Below, piece by piece: positions 11,302-23,607 of a DNA stretch of 64,000 nt (position 1 is the stretch's first letter; the number at the start of each line of letters is the position of its first letter). Source of the DNA: Azolla caroliniana (lineage: Eukaryota; Plantae; Polypodiophyta); NCBI GenBank assembly GCA_043228905.1, contig JBHGNT010000002.1:22444001-22508000 (forward strand). Reading direction: 5' to 3'. The position numbers and the translations under genes were made by a program. Below the pieces are notes generated by a model. It was not told the origin of the DNA, searched no databases, and was given only the letters and a program-made list of their open reading frames with translations.

Positions 11302-14300
11302 GTGTCAATACTACTCTATAATGCCTCTATATTAATTTTCTAGCGATATATCTTCCAGCATACTGTTTGAGGTTTTCTTCGAATGTCAGAGTTAATAATC
11401 AAGCATAAGCTTGCAATGACAGTCTTGCGTATTTCAGACTTGCTATTAGATTCATGATATGGCTCCTTTCATGGATATTACTGGAAGACTCATGCAAACT
11501 ATTGATGTCTATTTATTTGGGCTCTAATTGACAATAATTAGGACTTTCATGGAATCCTTGGAAGATTCACAACAGCCTGAGTATTTAACATCAGGTATAT
11601 AAAATAACATCAATGTAAGTCAACCATTAACATTGATTGATATCAGTATCAGTATCGGGATCTTCTTAAAACACACTTCTTGTTATCCGAATCAAGAAAT
11701 GCTGTTGGGAAATAAATTCTGCCTGTCTTCAGGCAGTTGGGGAATAATTCCTGTTTAGACACTTATGTGTTGGGTGCATGTAGAAAGGAAGAAATCCAAT
11801 GGGAAATTTTGAATCCTTTAGCTTTAGTAGAAAGTGAGGTTCTAAGCAATATGTTGTAAGAAAGAAAGGAAGTAATGTTATTTTCTGAAAGGCCAAATGG
11901 CCCCTGCACATAGCAGTTTTATATGACCTGTAGTGTGATCCATGAAATAAGCAAGAAAATATCACAAATATTAGGATTTTTTATGGCGATGTGATGATAG
12001 GGAAGAAGATGGTGATGTGGTTTCTAACCATAATATCAATTTATCTCGGAGATAGTTCACTTTGGAATTTTGGAGAGCAAATTCAGTTTCAGGTTTATTT
12101 TGTTTATTTATTTATGGTTTTCATTTTTTAGTTTTAACTGCTACATTGGGTTGCGAATTTTGAGAGAATACTGGAAGCTGTTTCTTTGCATCACAGAACA
12201 TAGTGACAACTGACAATTGCATGAACCTCTCCATCTCGCTTGAACTATAATCTCTCCATTAAGTTTCTTCCACTATATTTTTTATGTTGAGCCATGAATC
12301 TGTCTATTCCTCTCTGTATTTGCCAACTTTGATGTTAAAGAAGAAACCTCCAGTGTTTCCTGTGCTTTGATTATGAAACTCAAAATACCAGAAACTCAGT
12401 TTTGGGGAGAGGAAACAAAAGGGTTCTGGGTTTCAATGCAGACAGACCTAACCATCAGCATCAGTTGATGACAATATATGCCTAGAACAGTTACCAATTT
12501 ATGTCAATATATGCCTAGTTAATATCAATGGATGTCTTATTATTGCCAGTTAATTTTGATAGGTGTAAATTAATTGCAACATATATGCCTAGTTAACATC
12601 AATACGCATAAAGTAAGACTATTGATATGTATGGAAATCTTAAAATTCAAAGCGCTTTCTCTATTGGTGTAATTGTAGTGTCAAGATTTCCTTCTTGAAC
12701 AGGCACTATTTGGAATGTTTGAGTAATGTCATATCTCCTTCGACCATTTCATTCGCCATTAGCATAAATAAATTTGATAAATGATATTGGGAAGCCTAAT
12801 AATATGATTAGAATCTTCTTCATCTAAATTGTTCAAAAAATGCAGGAAACTGAGAGCTATGTCCTTTCCGGTGCAAGTTGACAAAGGATATATCGATGGG
12901 AAAAAAATCAATCATGGGAGTGCTTCTTCAGATAAAAGGGCACAAACTTACAATTGATTCTTCAGTAAAAAGCATATGAATTCTGATGGACTCGTTCAAA
13001 ATCCTCTTCCTCACAGTGGTGAAATGTCACATGCATATCATACCCTTGGCTGGCAGGGTGTATGTAAAGCAACCAAAATTTTGTTTATATATCTCCTACA
13101 AGTGTCTTGCGTCTTGTCCATAACTTCTACAGTAAGTTATTTAGTGGAAACCTTTTGGAAAGAAGAGGCCAAATGCCCTCTCTCCATATTCTAGAGTTTT
13201 GTTTGATTGATTTTGAACAACTGTTTATCTCTGCTTAGAGTATTAAGCTTGATAAAATGAAGTTTATTGTTTCTATAAGATTTTCAGCCATATGTATATA
13301 TATTTCTAGAGCCAAAATTTAGTTACTTGGTTTTAATAGAAGGGTAATTCTATGCCTTATTGTCATTTTTACATAATTGTCTCCTAGTAGTTGAGGATGT
13401 AGTTGGGAAAGGTTTAAACAGTGGATGATGTTTTCCCCTATATTTAGTTATATTCATGTTGGTTTGTTCTCAAAGAAGAGGAAAAAACTGTAATATGTAA
13501 TATTTTGCCTGGTCTTTTAGGCCATTTTGACCTCTTAAAAGACATTAATATAGCTTTCTTTTTGTTCTAATTGGGTTTGCACTACCTGGAGTTCTATTTG
13601 AGAACACTTACTTGTGCCAACTTGGTTTTAAGCAAATAAATAATTGGGCCATATATATAATATGTACAATTGGGTTCATTATGAGTCACTGCTGATTGTG
13701 AACAATTCTGTTACCAATGATGAGAAGATGAAGGGAAGGAAAATAAAGAATTTGATAGAAAGCTAGTTATTGAATGATTGAAATTTGAATAGCACTTATT
13801 GACTTGGCATGCCTAGAAACCTCCTTTTCTTATGAAGACATGATGGAGAGTAGTACTGCAACGTTTTACAAGCTTGAATATTAGGGAAGCTCAAAAATTT
13901 CTTCAATGTAATGTATAAAAGTTTCATGTTTATTCTCTCTTTCTCATCTTATCTTTGCGTGACCTACTGTTCCCCGTAACCACCTCATTTCTCATCATTA
14001 CATTGGGGCATACATCCTTGCCCATTTTTTTCATTTGATTGCATATCGGATGCTAGTGCCATTGCAAGATTTTTATTCCAATGATAAGAACAAGGCAAAT
14101 TGTTCATTTCCTATTTTCTAGTTTTCATGCCATTATTCTGCATGATATTTCTAATCTCGACAATTGATTATGTGTCAATTAATGATGTATACAAAAAACA
14201 TGTTCGAATTGCAATTTGTAGGGAGCTTCCACTTATTAGGTGCCAATGACTAATGGCCAATGGATTGTAATGTGAGAGGAACCCTTTGGGCTTTTGCAAC

Positions 14301-15529
14301 CTATATAAAAGAGTGGTATATATTTATGCACCTATTTGGGTGTCCTAACTACATTTTGGTTCTTATTCTCTGTCATTTGCATCCACTAAGAGCCGTTTTC
14401 CTCCACGTAGCTTTTCTATACTAAATGTGACCCCTTTTAATGTTTGTTGTGATTAGTAGTTATCTATTTAACGAAGACTTATGAAATTCTAAAATTATGC
14501 AGTGATTAGATGCGTGTGTTAATTTTAGATTAACTTAGGAAGCCTTTGAGCACGTTTGCATGGAGTGGAGATGTAAGTATTTTTTACGTGTTGAGGTAAG
14601 GCATGGTCTTTGCCATTGGGGAGTGATGCCTCCCAATTTGTCGACTAGCAGGCAGGTGGGGGAAGATGACCTCTTGGGACTTGATACAAACCTTTGCATG
14701 GTGGGAGTGCACTAAATGCATGGAATGAGTGGGTTTGATACTAGTTGGGCGAATTTATGTGCACTCGAAGAGGAGCAAACACGGTGATAGTTGTGAGGGG
14801 TAGGTATTGGTAGTTGGCTATATGAATAGATATATCATATGAGCGAAGCGTATATTGAAGACGAGAAGAAGGGCTTGTTTGCATTAGAGGACTTCCCACG
14901 TGTTTTTTAAACATTTTTGAAATGTTAAATACTTGTTAAATACGTAGATTGCATAGAATACATCGAATACGTTCGGAAATAACCTAACATCATGTATTGT
15001 GTTGGCTGGTTGGTTGTCCCCCCCACCCCTTCCAATGGCCCCCATGGTTATGTATGTGTGTCTCTCTCCTTTGGCCATTTTTGGAGGAGGAGGCCAAAAG
15101 ATTTCAATGAGAAGATTTATTATTTGTTGCTTTCTATTTCAAGACACTTTTAGGAAAAACAAAATTGAAAAAAAAAGCACCATACTACAGTAATAGTAAT
15201 AGACTATAGTAATAATTATAATTAATGTAATACTATTACTACTACTAGTAAATACTAATAGTTTATAAATAATAATCAAATTTTGCCTTCACAGTGATTT
15301 TGGTTTTTGTTATTTAAAAAAGCTAAAAAAAGGCGGGAGGAAAGAAAAGCCCAGCCGCAATTTTATTTATTTATTTATTTTTTCAATGTTTAGCGCGCAT
15401 AATAATACGTAATAAAAATTATAAAACAAATAGAAACTTTTTTTTCCTTTTCATTTAACGACTAGAAATAGGTAATTACTGCTATTTATTTCTCTATTTT
15501 TGACCATTTTCTCTCTCTTCTTTTTTGGG

Positions 15530-15562
<33 letters not shown>

Positions 15563-16260
15563 GCTTTGGTCTCTCGGAGCTCCGCCATCGCTCGAGCTTC
15601 CATCTCTGCAGAAGTAATTTCACTTCCTCATTCCTTCTGTGTGTGTGTGCGTGTGTGCGTGTGTGCGTGCAGAATTTCCCCTTTTTCTGCACACTCCTCC
15701 TCGCTTGTTCATCATCTCCTACCATTCCCCACAGTGAATGCAGGAAATAACCTCCCTCCCGATGCCTCGCCTCATTATTTCTCGCAGGAATGAGCTTTTC
15801 TTTCGATCAGGAGTCGCCGTGTTTCTGAATTCTGGACTATGTTCGACCTAAATGAAGTACCTGATCAGGCTCAAGCTCAAGATCTATCTCAGTCTCAGGT
15901 CCATTCTGAAGATGCGTTAAATACCGAATCTTTGAATGATAACGATAAGAAACAGAGGGAGAATCGTAACAAAGCTAGTGGTGCATATGTTCGTCCTCAC
16001 AGAAGCTTCACCTCTCACGAAGATGTAATTTTCCGTCTTTATGAATCTCCTGAAACTTCTGTCACAGCTGTTGCATAAGGCAAGGTCTATAATGCTTCTC
16101 GTACTGCGACGAATACTACCAAATATTCAACATTGTTTTCTTCCTTCAATTTGCCCTTTGATAAATCGCGAAATGCAAATATCGAAACAAAAGAACTGTG
16201 AACCTCTGCTTCATCAAGATTATGATGTGTCGGGAACTTTTATTGAAGACAAAAGAGATG

Positions 16261-16552
16261 ATTGTGATGACCAGTTCGGGAAAAAATATCCATTAATGTC
16301 TGTCTCATCCACCTGTCAGAAAAACAAATATTCGTTTGATCAATCTGGCCATCAAACGAAGACATCTGAAGAATTTCTGCTAATGAGCGAAGATTTACTC
16401 GATCAAATTGTGATGACCAGTTCGGGAAAAAACATCCATTAATGTCTGTCTCATCCACCTGTCAGAAAAGTAAATATTCGTTTGATCAATCTGGCCATCA
16501 AACGAAGACATCTGAAGAATTTCTGCTAATGAGCGAAGATTTACTCGATCAA
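16261..16552. repeat. 146-bp tandem duplication inside exon 1 of the pseudogene (frameshifting)
   Basis: Copies at 16261-16406 and 16407-16552 are almost identical. 146 is not a multiple of 3. Confidence 0.95.
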
Positions 16553-17930
16553 TCTGTCTATACACAGAAAAATAAAGATTTACGCCGTCAATCTGACCTT
16601 CAAAACTCAAGCCAATGCGAAGGTGTTCTCTTTAAATGTGACCATCAGAATACTGAAGCGTTAGACCAATCTGACCATAAAACAAGGAAAACTGAATACT
16701 TACTCTATCAATAGGACAATCAAAGTGACGATTTGCTAGATAAATCAGACGCTGTTGACCATTGGAACATTTTGTTGAAGCAAACATTAAACGAAACACA
16801 AAACATGGTTCATCAAGAACCCAAAGGCCAGAATACCATTTTAGAGAGTTGTACGTTGAACTTCTCTTTAGATACGAACATAAGATCTACACCTCAGAAA
16901 AAGCAAAGTGATCTGAAGAGTTCTGGTTCAGATATGCTCAAATTTTCTATAAGATCAATATCCTTGAAAAATTCAAACGATGTGGATCTTTCAAGTTCGA
17001 AGACCTTAGAGATGCCTGATCTTTCTCTTGGGAGCAGTAAAGTAACCCCATTAACGTTGAAGAAAAGCTTGGATCTGTCTCCTTTTTGGAGTGGAAAGTT
17101 GCAATGTCTTGATGATGATGCAATTATTCACATTCCTCTTGTTGCTTTTTGCTTAGGAATCATGAAATATGATTCGAGATTGAAGAGATTCCGACTATGT
17201 TGAACACGCAGAAACTCGTGGATTTGGAGGAGTATGTTGTTTTTTGGCATCTTTTTGGCCTAAAGAGAAAACGAACTGCACATATTTAAATATGTATGCT
17301 GAAAAGCTTCATTTTTTGTGTTGTGCATCTATTTCTTGTCTGCAGGTTACAGAATAGCTTGCTCAATGGGGTGGCTGAACCTCTGACACAGTTTAAGACC
17401 TCGTTGGATGCCTCTACAGAAGAGGTCAACAAATTCAATTTAATGGTAGACAGAATATGTGCTCTTCTTTGCTTTCTAATCATTATAATGTTATTCAGTA
17501 AACATCAATGACTTTATGAGGGTAATGGCATCTACACAACATGCCTGAATGAGATTTTGAGATATATATTATTGCAAATGATAGATATAGTCTGCTGGAG
17601 ATGAGCTTGCTAACACAATTGTATTGAGTTTCTACAGGTTATGTATGCATGCAGAGTAATTTCCATCTGCCTCTCCTTCATGATAGAGGGATATTCATTT
17701 ATCTTGTGAAACAGACTTAATATTTGAGGAATGATGAGCAATTATGATTCAATACCGTCAACTGCAAACAAACATAGAATAGACAGGTTATGTACGGACT
17801 TAAGCATGTGCAATGAAAAACTTAACCACTTCCATTATTTGAAACAAAAGCATGAATCTTAGCCTGAGCTAGTGCATATTTTTGTACTTCACTCATTGGA
17901 AATAATACTTGTTGCTTTTAAAGTTATTAT

Positions 17931-18299
17931 TGTTGGAGACATTTACAGCCTACAGTTAGGGTACTATAACAGTCAGCTAGGGGTATTTACTGCCATACTA
18001 GTTAGCATAGTTGGTCGATTTTGGAGTTAGACAGGGACCTAAATGAATCATTTTGGGATCTCATTTAGCACCCTATACCCACTCGAGTAACCCTATGCCT
18101 ACAACCATCCAGCTTCTCTAAGTTGAGCCTGTATAAAAGGTCACTTGCCTATTTGTTTTCTTACCTGTTGTGTGCTCATTTCAGCCCATTTCCTAGGCCT
18201 CCTAATTGGGAAGAAGCTCTCTCAGCTCTTGTTGTTTGAAGAGCATTTTGATTGTTGAATTGGAGAATTTAGCATCATCAATGGATTTAGTCAGCAACA
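17931..18299 (+). mobile_element. LTR-like element in an intron (TGTTG...CAACA)
   Basis: 5-bp inverted termini TGTTG/CAACA and an internal TATAAAAGG at about 18132. Downstream there is a VVLGM-like protease remnant and a purine tract at about 18555. No TSD seen. Confidence 0.4.
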
Positions 18300-19719
18300 A
18301 AAGCGATTCTAACTCTTAAGAGGTGGAGTGTTGTTATGGTCATAAGAAGGGTTGCTTCAATGAAAACAATTGGATTATTTTTGGTACACATCAATGTTGT
18401 CTTGGGTATGAAGGACATATATTGGATGAAGTTTTGGCACATGGAATGTGTGAATGATCTCTGTTCAAATTCACCACTACATTTTCTCATGGTAATGATG
18501 AAGTGATGAAAATTTTCCCGTATAGGGTAGCCTTTACCTCCATGGAACTCTTAAAGGACAGGGGAATTGTTATAATTCACCTGATATCAGTGTTGCATTG
18601 CTTGTCTATTCTTTCATGGTAAACATGGTTGTCTTGTAAAAGCAATGCTATGGTATGAAGCATGCCACGAAGTGCAGCTCTGATTCAGATACACATGGCA
18701 TATTCTATGGACATGGTGTTGGATGCACTCTTTAGCATGGTGCGATTCTGGTTTGACTGGGGATTGTGACACTTGTTGCCCAATTACGTCAGTGGTATTC
18801 AGTTTGGATTCTGATTTCATAGAGCTATGAGTGGCAACCCACTGTTGTGTTATCATCGATTTTAGCACTGGGAAGCTTGTTTAAATTCATGTGAAGCCAT
18901 TTGGACACTTCCACTTCTTGGTGAGTTGCAGTCGCCTTAGTTGATCACTTCTCTTTTCGGTATGATAACCAGGCTTCCTCTCCATTTGCTCAGATGTACG
19001 TTTGTCATGCCTATAACAAACATATTGAGGTGCGATAACAAGACCAATAAAAAAGAGGGACAGGGAAAACAAGAAAGATCATATTGTTATGAAGCGCTCA
19101 CGGGAGTTTCAAGCTAATGCATTGGAATCTGAACAGGTTAAAAATGAAAACATTGATTTAAAATCAAATACCACTTTGGTGACTGTGGATTGTCAATCAC
19201 AAAAGCACTCTGAATTGGTTGGAAAAATGGTCTTCACTAACCCAAGCATAAATTCCCGTTCCGTCAATCTCCAGGAGGTCAGGCCTCTCTCAAATCACAT
19301 GGGGACTGATGATATATTGAAAACAAAAGACGTAAAATCGTATAGTGTGGAGATTGTGAAGACCCTACTGAAATTTAAAAATGAAGATAATATAGTTTCA
19401 CTATGTCAAGGGAATAACATGATGGAATTGGATCTGGGATTTAATGTAGTAAATATGAGAGGCGAGGTATTGGAAGATGAAGCTCCATCTAAATTGGGAG
19501 AGAATTTGTGAGTCCCCATTTGTTATTGTGGAGAAAGGAGACAAGGAGAAACCATGTTTGGAATTTCCTGTTGATGTCTTTGACAAAGAAACTCGAACTT
19601 GGCTTCTATCAAAGCAAAATGCTCTTTATCTTCACGAAGATTATGGTAGGTGAACTGAAGCACCCTTTGTTATCTTTAGTTCTCCCCAAATCATTTTGAG
19701 GTTCACTCACATAAGTGTT

Positions 19720-19890
19720 TGGGGAAAATTCCAAAATACCCATGAGGTTTAGGGTTTAGGGTTTAGGGTTTGCATTATATCCCCAACCTCCATTGCTCAA
19801 AATCCCAAAGAGAGAAAAGGGTATGAATGGAGAATCGTTAAAACCATTTGGAGAACTAATGAAAATTTTAGGGCATTTTGGGAAATAAAG
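19720..19890. mobile_element. MULE-like MITE carrying a (TTTAGGG)3 tract
   Basis: Inverted ends ggggaaaattccaaaataccc ... gggcattttgggaaat, with telomeric repeats at 19746-19771. Related end motifs occur at 46479, 47099 and 57307. Confidence 0.55.
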
Positions 19891-22800
19891 AGAACTTCAG
19901 GCATGTTTCGGATTTCGCAGTAATTTTAATGCATGTTAAGTGTTGTCTTCCGTTAGTATTGAACGTATTCATGGAATTGCTATTTGTTTCACAGGTGTGC
20001 ATGCTGTTATTAATACAGAACCGTCAAACTCCAATTCTTTCTCAAAAGCAGATTGCCAGAATAGTTAGGTCTTCCTCTGCATTAAATCTTTAAGTTTTGT
20101 AATTGTACATTTCTAAGTATTTTGATATGGTCATAGGTACTCTGTATGTGAGGATTTCTATGGCAACATCACAGTCGTGCGATGCAATGGAAGCTAAGTG
20201 GTTTGTTGATCAAGCTGCATGCATGATAAAATCTATTTCAAGTAGGGGAGTATTTATTAAATGCCTTTGGTATGAGGGCCCAGTACAGTTACAATCAGGG
20301 GATGCTGCGCCTTCTGTATCCCTGATTGTAAAAAAGATTAAGGGAGATGATGGTAAAAATCTAGAGAGGATTCAGGACTTGACCGGGGTGATGATTGGAG
20401 TTGTATTGCGGAAGAGCAATGTTCCTGTCGCAAATGAAATTGAGCCCATGTCTTATCCTTGTTTCATAGGGTTACGCCTAAAATGTGTAAGAAGGAAGGG
20501 GCTACTGGATGCATCACAGAAAGCAGAGACTCTTCTTGAAAGCGTTGCTGATCATTTCTCAAAAGAACTGGCAAACTATATTGCAACCCGCATTTCAGAC
20601 TTGCAGGAATCATCATTGCATCACATTGAAATAGTTTCTAATCAAGATTCTCATTCAGCCCATGTAATACTAATAAAAGAACTTGAAAACTCACCATTAT
20701 CTGGGGAACAAGTTATTCAGGTATCTTCTTCAGATCCTCCCAATGTAGATGGGATCAAACTTGGTGGATTGCATGAGAATGATAGCAGAGTGTTGAGCAA
20801 ATCCATCAACATGAACAAAGAATCTGATAGAATCTTGCCTGTGGAGACAAAGGAGGTAACCTCAAGATCATTACATGTGAGCAATATACCTGCACATGTC
20901 ACCTCAGTCAAGATTCAATATATTTTTGAGTCTATTTTGAAAGATAAACTTAAAGACATCAACAGTAAGATACATACCAAAAACATTCTGTGCTATTGTT
21001 GAGTTGGCAAATAATAAACTTGTCAACGAATGTCTGAAGCTTTTTACAGAAGATAGAAGTATATTCCATGGTCTAAGTGTTGAGCTTGGCACCTCTGCAA
21101 ACATTAGTACTGGTCAACCATGTTCCACTCTCAGAAGTGGAGAAACAAATATGAGGGACATCAATGGAGAGAGTTTTATGACTCTTTCCTTGACAAGGAG
21201 TAAATCTGATGCCTATGCTCGGCAACAATAAGAATCTACCGACAATGACAGCGATTCTGATTATTTCCGCAATCTATGGTATAGTGACAATGTAGCTAAT
21301 GCGAGTGATTATTTTCTTGATAAGCCTAGGCCCCTTTTTTTGAGTGAGCTAATGAGAAATGCATCTGCTCAAACCATCAAGGAACTTTTTGAGGATATAG
21401 TTACTACTTATATAGGTCCCTCATTAATCAGTTCAAGTGGAAAACAGCTAGTTTTGGATGTGAGATACGTTCCATCCAGAGGGTGTGCATTTGTGGATCT
21501 TGCCACTCCTGAGTTAGTGGAATTTATGCTTGATTTGCATACTCGAAGACCAGAAGTCTTTTTAAACATGAAGATGGAGCTCGGTAGAGGACCAGTCCCT
21601 TTTTCAATCGAAGGTGATGCAGAGAGAAGGTTGAATACTCGTAATTGGGATGGAATGTGCAGGAAATCTCAATCTGGTTCTCAATTGTGTGAACATCGTC
21701 TTGCTTCAACAGTCTCCCAAAAGGTAAAAAAGGGACCTAGTGGGAGCTACAATGATTATATGGACAATTCTGATATTAGTGACGATTTCTTGAGGCAAAA
21801 TTCACAAGTGAAGAAGCTACGATCAGATCCAGAGAAGACCATCTACGCTGATAGACTTCCAGAGAGTGCATCAGAAGCCACGATAAAGAAAATCTTTGAG
21901 CGTGTTCTTTTGCAAAATCTGACTCAAGAAGAATTAGAGCTTTTTGGTGATAAGTTGATAACTGAAGTGAGATATGTTCCTTCAAAGTATTGTGCATTTG
22001 TTGTATTTGTTGAGGAAGAGCTCACTAGAATGGTACTGAAAATGTATAACCAGAAGGAAGATGCCTTTGAGCAAATGCGTCTTAAGCCTCACTTCCATTC
22101 ACTGATGGAGGATTTATACAGACAGGATCCACATAATATAGATGGCACACTTCACACATCCTCCTTCAGAGAGCTCAGCAAACCTTAAGGTTGACGATTA
22201 TGTAAGACCATGGCAAATAGAGTTATATGATTCTCATAATAATCGATCAGCAGCCCATCATGCAATTACAGCATCTGCATTCAAGGAAGTGAATAGGAGG
22301 AAATCAGTATATGTTGATAGGATTCCTGAAGAGTTGTCTGAGTACACCATGACTGATATGTTCGAAAAGGCATTCCGAAACAAAAAACATGGATATCATG
22401 GATATATGGTTGTACAGGTAGCTTATTTTAGGGATAAATTTGATCCTAAGAAGTTATGTGCTTTTGTGGAACTGAAGACTGAAGATGGAACACAAGATTT
22501 GGTAGATTTGTATAATGCAACTCTATTTATTTATTGTGCCTTATTCACTGTCCAACTCTTCAAGAGAACAGAATGCGCTATATTCTAGTTCAAGAATTTT
22601 CTTTAGTAAAATGTGCAATCTTTTCCTAAGTTGTTGCAAGCAGTTTATTGCCCCAGTTTGAATGAAATCATCAATTTATTATCCACTAACATTCTTGAGC
22701 ATTCACTAATGGTTTGCCTTTTAATTTTATTCCTCATATATGCATGTGTACTTGTAAGCATGATTGGAACAGGATAGCAGCAATGCATTTGCTTCATGAC

Positions 22801-23133
22801 AATGTCACCCTAGATCCAAGAAAACTAATACTAACAAAATGTTGAATATATAATGATCTAAAACAAAAGGCAAACAGATAACATTTGCTTAGTACCATTG
22901 GTCATGATTCTGAATTGTAGATTTGTTTTCAAGAAAGTGCTTGAAAGGAATTTTGTGATACAAATCCATCTCTTCTCTATAAATTCCGGAATGGCAAATA
23001 AAATGGTCACAATGTGGCATGATGGTACAAACAAATATCAGAATATAGAAGGTTCAAATAATGGTTACCAAGATATGCATCATCATGGTTTGTAGGCACA
23101 ATATTACCACATCAAAGGGCAAGGGGATTCGTT

Positions 23134-23373
23134 ACATCCCAAATCCAAATATGCACAAGCTCATGCATCCACTTATACAGGAAAAAACATTTTTTAGACT
23201 AGCTGATTGGTGATGCTATTAGATCTCAAATCTCAAATCTGCTTGAGGTACCATTATGATCGTCACATTCCAAATCCAAATATGCACGAGCTCATGCATC
23301 CACTTATATGGAAAAATACATTTTTTTGACTAGCTGATCGGGGTGATGCTAGTAAATCTCAAATCTTAAAATC
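23134..23373. repeat. About 130-bp tandem duplication downstream of the PAO stop
   Basis: acat.ccaaatccaaatatgcac.agctcatgcatccacttata...gactagctgat...ggtgatgcta.ta.atctcaaatc occurs twice. Confidence 0.9.
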
Positions 23374-23607
23374 ATAACATCGATCATAATGATGTTATTT
23401 TAAGACACAAACTATGCATGAGATCATATACTGAGCTGTTAAGGCATAAGATCATGATATAATGCATAGCATGGGATCATACATTGATATTACATAATAA
23501 AAAATGTGGTAGGCATTTTCAGTCTATATGGATGTAATCAATAAATGCTTATTGAATGTGCTCTAGTATTTTTACAGGGTACATATATATACTCCAAATA
23601 AAATGTT

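Larger units (their letters stand above)
15839..22588 (+). pseudogene. Disabled multi-exon RNA-binding protein gene: DLN/EAR-like start, two KH-like (RIK/KHDC4-like) domains, four RRM-like repeats
   Basis: Collinear ORFs are interrupted by in-frame stops (16076, 16712, 19014, 19026, 21229) and frameshifts (about 16190, 16407, 19510, 20960, 22150). KH-like segment: KIKGDDGKNLERIQDLTGV...LLDASQKAETLLESV. RRM-like repeats: LHVSNIP...VRYIPKTFCAIVEL, LFLSEL...VRYVPSRGCAFVDL, IYADRLP...VRYVPSKYCAFVVF, VYVDRIP...LCAFVEL. GT-AG introns at about 19627-19993 and 20064-20137 keep the frame. Confidence 0.7.

Noticed and set aside
17060-17230. SPOC-like domain start (FWSGKLQ) in the KH-RRM pseudogene
   Set aside because: The similarity covers only a few residues and needs an HMM search to support it.
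16076-21231. In-frame stops repaired by U-to-C RNA editing or readthrough
   Set aside because: Reverse editing is known in fern and hornwort organelles, not nuclear mRNA. Any stop codon can be written as a C-to-T product, and several frameshifts would remain.
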